Of a stretch of 64,000 bases of DNA, positions 12,021 through 27,186 are shown piece by piece (the first letter of the stretch is position 1; every line of letters starts with the position of its first letter). The translations under genes and the position numbers were made by a program. Origin of the DNA: Octopus sinensis (taxonomy: Eukaryota). The notes below the pieces were generated by a model, which saw nothing but the letters and a program-made list of their open reading frames with translations, was not told the DNA's origin and made no database searches. The stretch covers positions 104,842,001 to 104,906,000 of the forward strand of contig NC_043002.1 of the NCBI RefSeq assembly GCF_006345805.1, read 5' to 3'.

Positions 12021-12529
12021 ATTATAAATATCTTTATTACTACTGCTACTAATATAATATATTAATAGAACGAACAATAGCCTCGGTCTATTATTCTTCA
12101 TAAAGGAATTCCAGAATAAGCCAATTACTTTTCCCATCATGCATCATTTGTTTTCTTAACTTCCTTCTTATCTTTTATAGAGTCTTTACAATGAAGAAAA
12201 GAATCACATCATAAACATGGTCGGAGACAAATACTCACCTATTACAAGTATATCAAGTGTGTGTGTGTGCATATATGTATATATATATAGATGTATATAC
12301 ATGCATCTTTCTATGTATGCATATATCATCATATTCATCTAACAACATACAAGTAATGTTAGCAGCATATTATTTAAGCTATCATCTCAATCTATATCAC
12401 CACTTACTCATTCTATCACCTATGTGTATGAATTCGTGTTTTACAGACATAAACACACCCACACATCTATATAAGTATATATAAAATTTAATGTTATATA
12501 CAAATAGGCACACGTGCACACACGTATAT

Positions 12530-12714
<185 letters not shown>

Positions 12715-13851
12715 CGTACATATACTTACATACATATTTGTATGTATATGTGTATGTATGTAAATCTCCGTTATAAAAATCCCGGCTGAGAAGAGCTTTA
12801 ATTTCTCTTGCACAAAGGCACTTGTATAATACTAAATTAATAGAAAAAAACAACAAACGTTAATCAATATAATGTATAAAGAAATAAATTAGTCCACCAA
12901 ACAATGCAGCAAAGCAGAAACTAATTCAAGACAACAAAAATAAAACAGACAACAGGCGGTAGGAAACAAACAAGCCATTAGAGAGAATGCATTTCATGAA
13001 CGAAATGCACCCTGGCTCTGCAATAGATAAGCATGCAGCAACATAAATCATCAAAGGAATTTCAAAACGCATGCCGCTCAATCAATCATAAACTGGCATT
13101 AATAATAAATTATAAAGACACAACGATTGAAATCACAGCATAAAAATACAAAACTTCAATGCTGTGAGTTGCTGTATAAACTTCATATGACTAACGTAAT
13201 TTATGTATTTCGATGGAAACATGAAAGTTTGTTGGAAACTTCAATATTCAACGAATGCATTGGACGTGTATGTACAGCACTTTCTCACCGCCTCATCATC
13301 AATCTACAACAACGAACTATTGGATTGAAATATGTTACATTAAACAAACAAAAGAACTATGGATAGAAGATATACATGTGTGTGTACGTGTGTGTGTGTG
13401 TATTCGTTGCTCATGTAAGCAACTTGCCTCAAATATCTATAAAACTTGGAATATTCGTAATAGGATTAAAAAAATTACTGTTTAATATATATGCAGAAAG
13501 AAAACAATGCATGTTCACACTGGACTTTAAAAGTAACATCATGGAGAAGACGACAGTATAAATAAATATAATAACAAAAGAATTCTATAAAACGTTTCAC
13601 CAAAATCTTATATAAATCTTATATAAATTATAAGGTGCATCTGAAAAGTGAGTGCAACGGGTACACAATCCAGAGTAGACGCACAGCATTTGGAAGGCCA
13701 AGACTTTTCAGGGTAAAAAAAAACCATGGAAAGGCTAAATGAATGATAAGTGAAAATGTAAGCCAATGAATCATATGTGTTTAATGATCAGGACAATCAT
13801 AGATATCTAACAAATTATCTATGCCTGTGTGTTTATATATATATATATATA

Positions 13852-14260
13852 TACTCTTTTACTCTTTTACTTGTTTCAGTCATTTGACTGCGGCCATGCT
13901 GGAGCACCGCCTTTAGTCGAGCAAATCGACCCCAGGACTTATTATTTGTAAGCCCATTACTTATTCTATCGGTCTCTTTTGCCGAACCGCTAAGTGACGG
14001 GGACGTAAACACACCAGCATCGGTTGACAAGCAATGCTAGGGGGACAAACACAGACACACAAAGACACACACACACATATATATATATATATACATATAT
14101 ATGGCAGGCTTCTTTCAGTTTCCGTCTACCAAATCCACTCACAAGGCATTGGTCGGCCCGGGGCTATAGCAGAAGACACTTGCCCAAGATGCCACGCAGT
14201 AGGACTGTGCAATCATGTGGTTGGTTAGCAAGCTACTTACCACACATCCACTCCTGCACC
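13852..14260 (-). mobile_element. Full-length family A tRNA-derived SINE with a CORE-like segment and internal (TA)/(CA) tract
   Basis: Minus strand reads GGTGCAGGAGTGGATGTGTGG head, CTTGGGCAAGTGTCTT CORE-like motif and an (AAAAGAGT)n tail. Confidence 0.9.
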
Positions 14261-14262
14261 TA

Positions 14263-14297
<35 letters not shown>

Positions 14298-14728
14298 ATA
14301 TATAAGTCCTATTCTCTGAACTCATTACATTTGTTTGCCTCTTTCTTCTTTCTACATCAAAATATACGCATATACACAAACACACAAACTCTGAATTCGC
14401 TGACAAACTTGTTACAGAGAGCTGTTGTTCGAAATCGGCAACGAAAACTTCCACAGTGTCTAATGAAATGCCCAGAAAAAAACATTTCATTAGAAACTAT
14501 TGGATCTGAATATAATGATTATTCATCCTAGCCAAATATTCCCATTGTTTTACAAATAATTTTAACACATAAAGACTGCTGCAAATGCAGAAATCGTTTC
14601 TGCAGCTGATTCTACGTGTAAAGCGGCAAATATAAAATGATATTAACAATATTTTACAGCAAAGAAACAACGTCAAAAAGACTAATCGGAGTGTTGCAAT
14701 GCACATTGTGTTTGATATGTTAATAAAT

Positions 14729-14800
<72 letters not shown>

Positions 14801-14984
14801 AAATAAGAATGCTAATAATGTGTACGGAATGTTCAGGAAAATAGATATTAATATGTATTTGGAAAATATAAAGAGTGACGTACAGACAGAAGTGAAAACA
14901 TTCGTACAGAAAAAGATACAAAGATATATAAACATACACAGTGTATATATATATATATATATACATAAATGTGTGTATGTGTAT

Positions 14985-15030
<46 letters not shown>

Positions 15031-15098
15031 CCATATATATATATATATATATATCCACACAAACACACACATATATATATATATCCACACACACACAT

Positions 15099-15134
<36 letters not shown>

Positions 15135-15808
15135 CCATATATGTACATATATATATATATGTGTGTTAAGCATGCACGTATATATTTATACGTTCATTAA
15201 TATATTTATGCATACGCATATATAAGTACATGCACACACACATATATATACATCTATATATATGCGTAAATGCGTATATACATACATACATATATATATA
15301 TATGTATGAATGTATGCATGTATGTATATATGTACGTCACCCTTCAAATGCATCGTCTATTCCCTACCTCACCACACGTGTATAATGAAGGTAATTGCTA
15401 ACAGAACAAACCAGGCGTGGACGTAAACGTCAAGGAGAAAAGCATTTTGAACAAAACTCAATATAGATGGGAAACTTCCAATTAGAAGTAATGTTTTTCC
15501 CCCCAAATATAATTGCTTGGCATCAAACACGTACACACACAAATAAACGCTCTAATACCTGTAGATATATATTTACACACAAAGAGTTATACACTCCAAT
15601 ACAGTATCGAGGAACAAAAAAATGATTTGGAATATTGACGGTATAAACGCGAAAACGCGAACATCTCGTGATGTATTCACATGTACAGATACACATGAGC
15701 ATATATACGCACATATATGTATATATATGTACATCACACAAACACACACACACACACAAACATATATATATATATAGTGACAAACAAACATCCAAACTTA
15801 AACCCAGG

Positions 15809-15852
<44 letters not shown>

Positions 15853-16697
15853 ATATATATATATATACACGATAGAAGAATGTATATTAAATATATGCAA
15901 TAAATATAAAAAGAAAATGTTTTCGCAGACATTGTTTCTTCCTAATGAAGTGTATTGAAAGCTGCTTGGCAGAAATACAATTAATTAACCACCATCTTAG
16001 TAAATGAGAACAGAAACCATATAAGAGTTAAGGTTATTTTAATAAGATTAGCCGCTACTGCTGCCATTTAGGAGGGGATGATGCATTATTGGAGTTCGAT
16101 TAATTGTTATGATGAGCTGATAATTAAAACTTTGTGTCTTGATTTGGCTGCCGTACCAATAAAAAAGAAATAAATGAAAAAGGGAGGAAAAACTGCGTTT
16201 ATTCTATGAATTAATGAATGCGGTGTGTTGGATGTATCATTCTTGCTGTGTACATGGGTTTTCTTACGGTGTGTTGGATGTCGGTATTGCAAATTTGGCT
16301 TGTAATTCATATAAATGTGCTAATGTGTGGGTAAGGGGCAATATGTTTAGATGTATATACATACATGCGGGTATTTGTGTGCGTGTGTGTGTGAGAGTGT
16401 GTGTGTGTGTACATGTATATGCATATGTATATGTGCCTCGTTATAAACACACGCTGGATGTTGCCAGGTATGCAGCTGCGTGTGCCATGTATTATTGGCA
16501 GGATCCGAAATACAGTATAGGATATGATCATAATGATATTCATATCTGTAATGTATCCGTTTAGCTTGCTTAATTATTTGAAACCCTGAATGAAATCATA
16601 TTCTTCTCGTGTTTGTTTTTATGAATGCATACATACATATATGTGCGTGTATATATGTATGAATATATGTATATATATAAATGTGTATATGTATGTG

Positions 16698-16728
<31 letters not shown>

Positions 16729-16738
16729 ATGTGTGTGT

Positions 16739-16779
<41 letters not shown>

Positions 16780-16869
16780 AATGTATGTGCGTGTATATAT
16801 ATATATATATATACATATGTATAGACACACACATATATATATATATATATATATGTATGTATATGTATA

Positions 16870-17545
16870 TACAATGTGCGATTTTTATATTTTGTCGTCC
16901 GATTTATTTATTTCGCGCATGCGCATTGTCTATTTTCTATTTTGTCCACTACAAAATATAGTAAGGGTGTTTTGTTGCCGGCTGTGAGAAAAACGTTACC
17001 ATGATGCAATTCAGTCTGCCAGAAATTTAGAAATAACATGCCATTCGCGCCGGAATCACGAATACGAAAATTCCAGATTCGTTGGGTGTCAAACTGAGAA
17101 CTGTGCAATCTCAGGACATGTACCGAGAGTGGAAAAAATTAAATATCCACTTAATACCACAGAAGCAGACGTATCCAGTCATGGCTCTCAGACAATTTCT
17201 GCTACCACATCATCCTTAACATCGAGCCACCTAACTACCCAAACTGCAACCCCCACAATTGAGCAAGAGACCAATAAAACTCATTCTCACACCATAATAT
17301 GAACTAAAGGCAAAGATCATGGCAGCATTCGCAAACTTAAACAAAGAGAACGCTCAGGAGAGTTCCAGGAGATTCCGAACTTGTCTGGAGGCCGTGGTTG
17401 AAGCCAATGGCGATTTTATTGATAAATTTACTCTTTAGTATTTCAAGATATTTTAAAGTAAGTTTGGTAAATATATCTGTTAAAATGAGATACCAGTATT
17501 ATTTTCATTTTTGCGTAATTTAGACAATATATTCACCACATCCTA
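16870..17545 (+). mobile_element. Degenerate, internally deleted Tc1/maT-like (IS630-Tc1-mariner) transposon
   Basis: PPNYPNCNP near 17225 (WPPNSPDCNP-like). From 17301 it translates ELKAKIMAAFANLNKENAQESSRRFRTCLEAVVEANGDFID, a typical Tc1-family C-terminus. Ends are approximate. Confidence 0.75.
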
Positions 17546-19109
17546 TCGTACCTGCATACGCAGTACCACAGTCGTACCTGCTTATATGTATATATATATA
17601 TATATATATACATAGATACACACATGCACGCGCACACACACACACACACACATGCTCACACACACATGTAATTGCTCAAACTAGGTACTTGCAATTATTG
17701 ACTCTCTGGTGAAGTCGAAGTGAAAATAAAGTATATTTATTCCCATTTAACGATTATATTGTAGGCAATGCACAGAACAAGCCTGTCATTGAAGAATTAT
17801 ATCCTCTCTGCGAATCGTTCGTCTTCGTTCTTGAAATCGAAATACTGTAGAAGTATTTCACATTTTAACCGATTGAATTCGTGGTTGCTAAATAGTTTTT
17901 TTTTATATATATATTAGCACACGCATGTGGACCAGATACATGCTACTACGTACACCCAGGATTGAGTGAGGGATCTTCAGAATTGACATATACTGCATCC
18001 GTATAATCATGCATGTTCTGCATTTCCTAACATCTCATTGTTACTGGGGAAGAACTTTAAATATTTGTTGAAACCTTAATACAATATATGCCAATTTACT
18101 CTGAAATGTTTAGTTTTTTTTTTTTTGTTTAAATATTTTCCGAGCTAAGCAATAACTACAGCACCATTTCTTAACGCTCTGCACAATTTTTTTATTCGAT
18201 ATAATGATATTGCTTCGGAATAGTTTCATTTCTCTCTCGTGGGACATTTTAAATAATATATAGCACTTGAAAAAATTTATCCGCTTGTGTGATTTCTTTA
18301 TATATTTTGGTAATTTTATATATTGCTTTTTCCCTATTCTTTTTTTTTTCAACGATAAATAATACCATCGGATATAAATGAGGAATTTTCACTTGGCCGT
18401 CTCTCAAATTCCGACGTGCTAGTAGCTGATAGTATTATCTCTTTCAGCTTGTTAGCAGAAATCTGCTCGTAGACATATTCGCGCCAAAATCTTAATGAAC
18501 GTACGATTTACTCATTTGGAGGTGATAACTGCAATTTTTGATTCCGTCCTTAATGGAGATGTGGTTGTGGTGTTCTGATTCTCATGTTTACATATATAAT
18601 ATTCCGATTCACCTTTTCTTTGAGATCAGCGTTGCTTGGTAGTAACTTGCACACCTTTCTAAGTTCTTGCACACCTTTCTAAGTTCTTGCCCTCTTTATA
18701 TCATTTTATCTTTTGTATGTTATATTATCTAACCTAATGCTTCACGCTGCGCCCTTACGAAATATCACACTCGCGTCAAGGCAAGGAAATATATCCAAAG
18801 TGCCATATTTTGTCGCTATTTGGATATTCTTCATTTCGGGTTATCAATTAACTGATTGAAGAAAGCTTCAAAACTGGCTATATACACAGGCTGGAAATAC
18901 CTGGTTCTTGTAGAAAGTTACTTGAGGGATGATATTATAGCTTCCAGTAATGAGCATGAAATTTTGTGCAGAAAAATATATCAATTGCTGAAAATCATCA
19001 AATGAGAAAAGTAATTTTATAGGAATATTTTATGAAAAATATCAAACGGAAAATTTACAACATGCAAACGGAAATGTGTGAACAATAAATAACCATAGGT
19101 GACAGGATT

Positions 19110-19290
19110 ATTTCTACCCCGGATAAAATGTTTAGCAACGATCTTTCGGCTCTTCAGCTTTAGATTTCGGCTCTCTCTTTCATTCCATCGCAGTCGATAA
19201 AGGAAGTACCAGTTGAACAATGGAATCGATCTAAATGACTTACTGTTTTCTCATAAAATTGCTGGCATTGTGCCAGAATTGGAATAAATT
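19110..19290 (+). mobile_element. Old, highly diverged family C SINE
   Basis: CCGGATAAAATGTTTAGC...TTTCATTCC...GTCGATAAAGGAAGTACCAGTTGAACA aligns to the family C core. Confidence 0.55.
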
Positions 19291-19832
19291 ATCACTAGTT
19301 TGTTCCTCTCTTTCATTATGCACAGCATCACATTTCTATACATCATGATTTCTATGTACATGCATACATTTCACATATTTTGAGATTCATAAAATATCTG
19401 CTCTATATCCATTCTTCATTTCGCAACGTCTCAACGTCTCAACGTCTCACTCGTATATGTTAAAAATCTCTAATACATTTGCACTTCCACATCACTAAAC
19501 CACCATATCAACTAAGGAGCTCAACATAAATTTACACTTCACATATTTAATCTAATATCTTTACCTTTCAAACTTTTATCAATCCTTCCCAATATTTTGC
19601 TCTCTCCTCATTATTTTGGCACGTTTGCGTACTTCTCAAATTTCACTATTTTCAACAATTTCTGTCTCCCATCTACAAAATTATTTCACAAATATCTATA
19701 TAAACTACATCACTTCATACTAGATTGGTTCTTTGTATTCCACTTCTCTGATCTCAGCAAAGCAAATATATATATATATATATAAATATATATATGTATA
19801 TATATATATGTGTGTGTGTGTGTTGTGTGTGT

Positions 19833-19880
<48 letters not shown>

Positions 19881-19888
19881 GTGTGTGT

Positions 19889-20180
19889 GGAGGCGCAATG
19901 GCCTAGTGGTTAGGGGAGCGGACTCGCGGTTTCGATTCCCAGACCGGGCGTTGTGTGTGTTTATTGAGCGAAAACACCTAAAAGCTCCACGAGGCTCCGG
20001 CAGGTGGGGTGATCCCTGCTGTACTCTTTCACCACTCTTTCTCCCACTCTTTCTTCTGTTGGCCTGCTCGCTTAGCCAGCGGGGTGGCGTCATTCGAAGG
20101 CTAAAACAATGCGAACGCATTGTGACCAGCGATGTGTAACAACATCTGATGGTCTGGTCGGTCATGTGATCACGTGTGAT
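19889..20180 (+). mobile_element. Family B tRNA-derived SINE with a second tail type
   Basis: Head GGAGGCGCAATGGCCTAGTGG...GGTTTCGATTCC; tail CTGTTGGCCTGCTCGCTTAGCCAGC...GTGATCACGTG. Confidence 0.9.
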
Positions 20181-20739
20181 ATATATATATATATATATAT
20201 GCATATAGACGGTTTGACAGGAGCTGGCAAGATGAAGACCTGCCTAGGCTCTATTTCTGCTTTGGCTTGGTTTCTGCGGCCTGACGCCCTTCCTAACGCC
20301 AACCACTTTACAGAGCGTACTGATTGCGGGTGCTTTGCATGCGGGGATAGCGCCCATGTACCCGTAAGATTAGGAGCTTTCAACTAGTGAGGGATGCAGG
20401 CGACATGTCTGTACACAAGGATATCCTCGATTTTACATAACTTCTCAAGCACAAAAAAATATGATCCCCTTTTTGAGACCCACTGTCTGAAGATACAGGA
20501 AAATTTAAAACATCCGAGAAAAAGTTACTCGCTTTCTCTCTCTCTCTCTCTCCCTCTCTCTCTCTCCCTTTCTTACTCTCTCTCCCTTCCTTACTCTCTC
20601 TCAGCTTACAACCTAGATAGATAGACAATACGTATCCTTAATAGATATGCTAATATACAGAAGCACATCACTAGTGATGCATATGATATTTTATTGCAAC
20701 AAACTAAAACATAGATAATTCAATATATACATAGAGAAA

Positions 20740-21170
20740 GGCAGCGAGCTGGCAAAATCGTTAGCAGGCCGGACGAAATGCTTAGCGGTATTTCGTCTGC
20801 CGTTACGTTCTGAGTTCAAATTCCGCAAAGTCGACTTTGCCTTTCTTCCTTTCGGGGGTCATTAAATTAAGTATCAGTTACCCACTGGGGTCGATGTAAT
20901 CAACTCAGTCCCTTTGTATGTCTTTGTTGGTCCCTTCTATATTTAGCCCGTTGTGGGCAATAAAGAAATTAGTTGCGTTAACACGCTGGACGAAATGCAT
21001 AGCGGTATTTCGTCTGTTTTTGCATTCTGAGTTCAAATTCTGCTGAGGTTGACTTTGCCTTTCATCCCTTTCGGGTCGATAAAATAAGTACCAGTGAAAC
21101 ACTAGGGTCGATATAATCGACTTACCCCCTTTCCCAAATTTCAGGCCGTGTGCTTATAGTAGAAATTAGA
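20740..21170 (+). mobile_element. Two head-to-tail family C SINEs (tail type 1, then tail type 2)
   Basis: 20740-20970 is a full copy ending TAAAGAAAT. 20976-21170 is 5'-clipped and ends TTTCAGGCCGTGTGCTTATAGTAGAA. Confidence 0.85.
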
Positions 21171-21326
21171 TTTCTCACAGCTTCAAATCTCACAGTATCA
21201 CATCTCGCCTAAATCACTTTTGTGGTGTCGAAAAAATCAAGTACAGACAAGTACCAGAGCCGATCTTATCGACTTGTACCTCCCACAAAAAATTGATAAT
21301 CTTCTTAATATTAACTTCATTATCAG

Positions 21327-21548
21327 GGCGGCGAGCTGACAGAATCGTTAGCACGCCGGGCGAAATGCTTAGCGGTACTTTGTCTGCCGTTACGTTCTGA
21401 GTTTAAATTCCGCTGAGTTCGATTTTGCTTTCATCTTTCAGGGGCGATTAAATAGGTACGCACTGGGATAGATGTAATCGATTTAATCCCTATGTCTGTC
21501 CTCGTTTGTCCCCTCTATGTTTAGATCCCTGTAGGCAAAAAAGAAATA
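21327..21548 (+). mobile_element. Full-length family C SINE
   Basis: GGCGGCGAGCTGACAGAATCGTTAGCACGCCGGGCGAAATGCTTAGCGG... Confidence 0.9.
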
Positions 21549-21757
21549 AATATATATATAGAAAAGAAAGAAAAAAATGACGAAAAGCCGATGCAAATTG
21601 CGAGAAATACAAGGATGTGAAAATTTAAGAACAAATATGAAGGTGTTTGATTTAAGCAATATCTGGACATTGCGCCATTTATCTGTCTATCTAACTAACT
21701 AACTATTCATCTCTCTATATTTGTCTTTCCCCCACTACTTCTCTCTGTGTGAGTGCG

Positions 21758-21817
<60 letters not shown>

Positions 21818-21932
21818 ATAATATAAATATACATACATTTATATAAATCTTATATAGATTTATATATACATATACACACACATATATAAGTTATATAGAG
21901 AGGCATATGTATACACACACACATATATATAT

Positions 21933-22162
21933 ATTTCTTTACTACCCACAAGGGGCTAAACACAGAGGGGACAAACAAGGACAGACAAAGGGATTAAGTC
22001 GACTACATCGACCCCAGTGCGTAACTGGTACTTAATTTATCGACCCCGAAAGGATGAAAGGCAAAGTCGACCTCGGCGGAATTTGAACTCGGAACGTAAC
22101 GACAGACGAAATACGGCTACGAATTTCGCCCGGCGTGCTAACGTTTCTACCAGCTCGCCGCC
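21933..22162 (-). mobile_element. Full-length family C SINE (inverted relative to 21327)
   Basis: The reverse complement begins GGCGGCGAGCTGGTAGAAACGTTAGCACG and ends GGGTAGTAAAGAAAT. Confidence 0.9.
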
Positions 22163-22977
22163 TTAAATATATATATGTATACATATATACACGTACATAC
22201 ACGCACATATATAATCATACATGCTTACATACATATATATGCACATTTTTCAATCCGTCACACTCTTACTTTCACTGTGTATACCTGAATGCGCATATAT
22301 GTATGTATGCATGCATGTATGTATCGACATAAAGGTTTGAAGCGGATATGGATGAATATATGAATGTATATACATAGCAAATAGCTAAAAGTAAGAGAAA
22401 TGACCCACGCTGCACTCCTTAACTCCCTACAATCAATCATCATAAACGCAGTTACTTCAGGTTTTCCGTTTCCGTTCGTTCTCAAAATGGCGTCACCAAT
22501 CACAAGTAATTATATGCTTTGTAAATGCGTTTGGTCGAGTACATTCTACTTGAGTTTGCGAAGCCGACATGGTGCACAGCGGGATAGTATTTAATACATT
22601 ATGACAAGGCGTTGCATAGAGAAAGTGATATGATAAATAGATAATCAATAGGTGATATCCAACTTAAAGATAACTGCTACGGGACATGAGTGCCTGGGAC
22701 ATCCTTATCGGATGATGCTTTTGTATATCATATATCTATGCACGTGCGTGTGTGTTCCTGAGCAGAAGTTCACTCTGTCTGCCTGTCTGTCTGTCTCTCT
22801 GTATCTTTATAAATCTATAGTCAATCATATATATATATATATATATATATATGAGAACAGTTGCATATATAAATGTGCGTGTGTGAGCGTGTCAACATAC
22901 ATGAGTATATATGCATATATAAAGCCTATACATCCACATATCTGAAATATATATATCTATATATATATATATATATA

Positions 22978-23216
22978 CAGTAATCCCTCGCCTATCGCAG
23001 GTGTTACGTTCTAAACCCCACCACCATAGGTGAAAATCCACGAAGTAGTAACAGTACTGTACGGTATATTTTTTTCTTTATTAGTTTTATAATTTGTATA
23101 TACTTATTTTATTATAAATGCAAAACAACAGCATGGAGGAATCAGCGTAAGCTTAAATAATAAACCGCGATAGGTGAACCGCGAATGGTGTACCGTGATA
23201 TGGTGTGGGATTACTA
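22978..23216. mobile_element. pogo/Tigger-like MITE
   Basis: TA-flanked CAGTAATCCCTCGCCTATCGC ... GTGATATGGTGTGGGATTACTA termini, with subterminal CCGCGATAGGTGAA-like repeats. Confidence 0.7.
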
Positions 23217-24988
23217 CATATGTATTAATATATATAAATAAATATCCTTGCTATTTCTTATTGTTCAATATTTGGTTAAAACTACAATAAACAAATATGG
23301 CATTGTAAAATTACAATAGATCCATAGTCACTACTTTTTGCTGTCGTTTAGGTGAGCTGGGTTAATGTTGTGTTCTTCTTAAGCCGCACATCATCATTTA
23401 ATGCGGATGCCTGTGCGGTTCCGGATCCAGTGAACTAATTATACTTTATTTCTTTTGCGTTATCTCGTTTAGGAGACATTTGCAAGATCTATTTTAGTTT
23501 TCCTGTTCTGCTGTGAAACTGTGTCACATTTATTCGTTACGATGGAAATGTCATGCAGTATTCAAGGCACGATACAAATTGATAATTGATATATTTTCAT
23601 ATATGTTCATCCTATACAAGTTTAATTCTTCATCTGGTTTGGGCTTCTTGATGAAAGTGTCACTGCATTAGTCACGTATTTTAAAGGTATTACAGATGCA
23701 AACGCTCTGGCCCTTCCATGATTGACGAATAGGAAACGCATTAAAACACAAACAGTATCTGCATATAAATGAATAAAAGAGAGTGAAAAAAATAAATGAA
23801 ACCGAACATAATTCAAATTCTCCGGTTCGTTCATTAGAGATCAAGGAAGCCATTGACATCAAATATATGGAAACTGAGAACGAGGCATACTCTAAGGTGA
23901 AATGACAATCACATAGTTGTACTCTATTGTCAAAAATGAGTGATACCACCTACTACAGCCTTCGTGTAACTGCCATTTGGGACTCTGGGAAATTTCAGTA
24001 GAAATCAGTGAAAACGAGACTGACTATGCAGAACAGGAATAACGGACACAGTCACAGAGACTCTATAAAGGGACTGCAACTGCTTTTGCTTCTACTAAGC
24101 TTTTTTTGCAGTTAGATTTACCGAGGTGGAGTTATTTTATTGTTGCAGATGTGCGAAATAATACAGCCACCACAAGAAGACATTTTGGCCGTTAGCAGAA
24201 GGATGTGCAAAGGAGACATACAAGGAAATCACAGATGCTAGACCAGCCGAAGTTCCACTTTAATGTGAGAAAATACCGCTCGCAAATCAGGTTCGCTCTC
24301 TCGTTCTCCCACATTGCGCCCAGTGGCATGATAAAGTTAAAATAACTTAGCATGAACGTGAATGGAGGTGATTGCAAATTTGGCTCAATGGATATCCAGA
24401 TATTGTCCACTATCTCACGTAGTTCATGCGTCCCGGCATAAATGCTTCTAGCCCAACATGGCGATAAATTTTAGCTGAATCATTTATCACCATGTGTCTG
24501 TTACCGACAATTTCAAAACTGTGAAGTTGAGGTTTATATATTAATTTGTTACATTCATTTAATAACAAGGTAATAATTAGTCACGGATAATAAGTTGGAC
24601 AACAATTACCTTGAGTATGTCTCTCCTTTGTCACCTTTTATTTTGAATCCTGCATGGAGTCTGAAATCCTTGCCTTCACCAAGAAACCATGGTGGAATTT
24701 CCTGCAACCAACCTCATCAGCTTTATGCCGGGTTATGTGTTACTATCAGCACGCTCAAGCGAGCTGATGTCATATGCCTGAGGTTTTACTTTTTGCTGAG
24801 CGACCTCTACAAATGGTTTGTTTAAAGTGACCAAGTGTATTTGTAGCTCATTTCCTCCCTCAAATCATTGTTCCATGAGGAGCTGCACGAATCCACGAAA
24901 GACCATGGTCGCGCAATCAGGAGAGCAATTTCCTAATCATTATGCTATGCATCCTCATATATGCACGCAATTACACACACACACACAC

Positions 24989-25024
<36 letters not shown>

Positions 25025-25027
25025 TAC

Positions 25028-25064
<37 letters not shown>

Positions 25065-25226
25065 TATAAAGGTGAAAGAGGAAAGAATTAAATCTATATG
25101 AACTAGCGTGTAAATATTGGGTTAAAAGGAACCTTCACATAGAAACAATCAAAAGCATTATCTACTTCGAACTGCACCTTTAATAGTGCATACACATACA
25201 CAAACACATACATATGTATATGCATG

Positions 25227-25258
<32 letters not shown>

Positions 25259-26958
25259 AAGAGATATTATACATAGTACATGAACCAGGAAAAAAATAGC
25301 CCTCAGGGCAGTGTTTCTCTTAGTATATACAATGAAAGTCTCTTGTAGTAATTCCCGCAAAGAATAAATCATTTCCGATATTTGAATCGAAGTCAATTTA
25401 TGATATATTTGTTTGTTTTTCAAAACAGTCGTACAATTACCTTTCAGTGGAGATAACAAATATTGTTTTTGGTTTTTAAGTTATATTCAAGTCTATTCCG
25501 GTGCCATAATGACTAATCCGGTCTCTATAGGGAAATGAGGAGAAAAATAAACAGAGAGATTTTGTTTTGTATTACAATAAGTTTTTTTTTATAACTTCTA
25601 TCAGATGTTTTCTTTTCTTTTTTTTGTATTTTATTTTTCTATTATCTGATGTATTTATTTTTTTTTATAAATTTTTCATTTAGAAATACATCCGAGAGTT
25701 GATGTCAAATTTGCTTCACACAACTTATGCTTCATTGGAAGTAATCAACACAAAACCTTATATATTCTCACCAAATACCTACTATAAGATTACCTGATGT
25801 AATGTTGTGTATGTTTTGAATTCCGAGTTTAGCTGTATCTTGTGTTGAGGAGAGATGTGTCGGTCAGATGAGGACAACTACCAGCAATAACTGTTATTAA
25901 TGTTGATATTTTAAAGGTAAACTCTACTTTTATTTCAGTGGTTACAATTTTATATTAAGAGAGTTATAGGTTTAATTAGTTTAAAAGATTTGATAAATAG
26001 CCTTTGTATATTTGAACTGGAATTACTCATGACGCTCAAGGTTTTATCCTCTGTGGATTTTTAAATGGAAATCATTTTTGTTTACATTGTTAACGAGGTT
26101 CACACCGACCATACACTTTGGTTTACCTGAGTATTTGTTTAGGTATTTAAACGTTCGTAAATGAAATGGCTAAAATATGAGCAAAGAATAACATACAGAT
26201 TTCAATAAATGATAATATGGATAGCATGCAACTTGGATTGTTAGTAATTGATAACATAGTAGAAAAAGTAGACTTTATGAGAGTTAGATGGAGCACATAT
26301 CAGATATTAGTGACACTTGATCGTGTACCGGTTAGGAAATACGTGCATCCACGTAAATCTTACTGGCACGCTTTGGAGCTACTGCGAATGGCATCAGGCA
26401 GAAAATCTCAGCAAAGAAATGACACTACTATGCCATACATATGTTCATTATAGTTATATTGTATTACATTTCAGTATCGTGTAATACGTTTGTCTCTCTA
26501 AGTAAATTTAATCCAGTTTGAGTCACCGTATTATCGTACACCTTGCAAAATATTCAAGTCATATGTTAAATTCCAACAATATGTTGCACCCCTCGACAAA
26601 TATTGTACTCATACGTATGTCTTATATTAATGTTCACTCCTACGTTAAATTGGCAAACTATAGGATGTATGGTCCATATAGCATTTGTAACGCAACGTTA
26701 AAAGTGAAGAATATATGTTATCTCAGAAACATTATATAACTTGCTTGATATATACATCTTCCTAGTTGTATTGTTGTTTAATCCCAGATGAAGTCTCATT
26801 GGCAAGATATATTCTCAAAGCTGTTCCAGGGGATTTTCTTTTCATTGAACTACAACCACGTTGTACAACATATCCTTCCTTGTTTAAAACGACGGAACTA
26901 ATTTCCCAAATCTTCCTATTGCACACAACTCTTACTACGTAGTATTATCAAACATAGC

Positions 26959-27186
26959 GGTGGTGAGCTGGCAGAAACGTTAGCAAGTCGGGCGAAATGC
27001 TTAGTGGTATTTCGTCTTCCGCTACGTTCTGAGTTCAAATTCCACCGCCGTCAACTCTGCCTTTCATCCTTTCGGGGTCGATTAAATAACTACCAGTTAC
27101 GCACTGGAGTCGATATAATCGACTTAATCCGTTTGTCTGTCCTTGTGCGTCCCCTCTGTGTGTAGCCCCTTATGGGTAGTAAAGAA
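26959..27186 (+). mobile_element. Full-length family C SINE
   Basis: Same head, core and tail as 60653-60882. Confidence 0.9.

Noticed and set aside
19141-19170. Minus-strand CTGAAGA-GCC-GAAA
   Set aside because: There is no room for a stem II hairpin, and it lies within a diverged SINE.
25684-25740. 57-nt AG/GT-bounded open segment (KYIRELMSNLLHTTYASLE)
   Set aside because: The donor is weak (GTAATC), there is no recognisable homology, and there are no partner exons.
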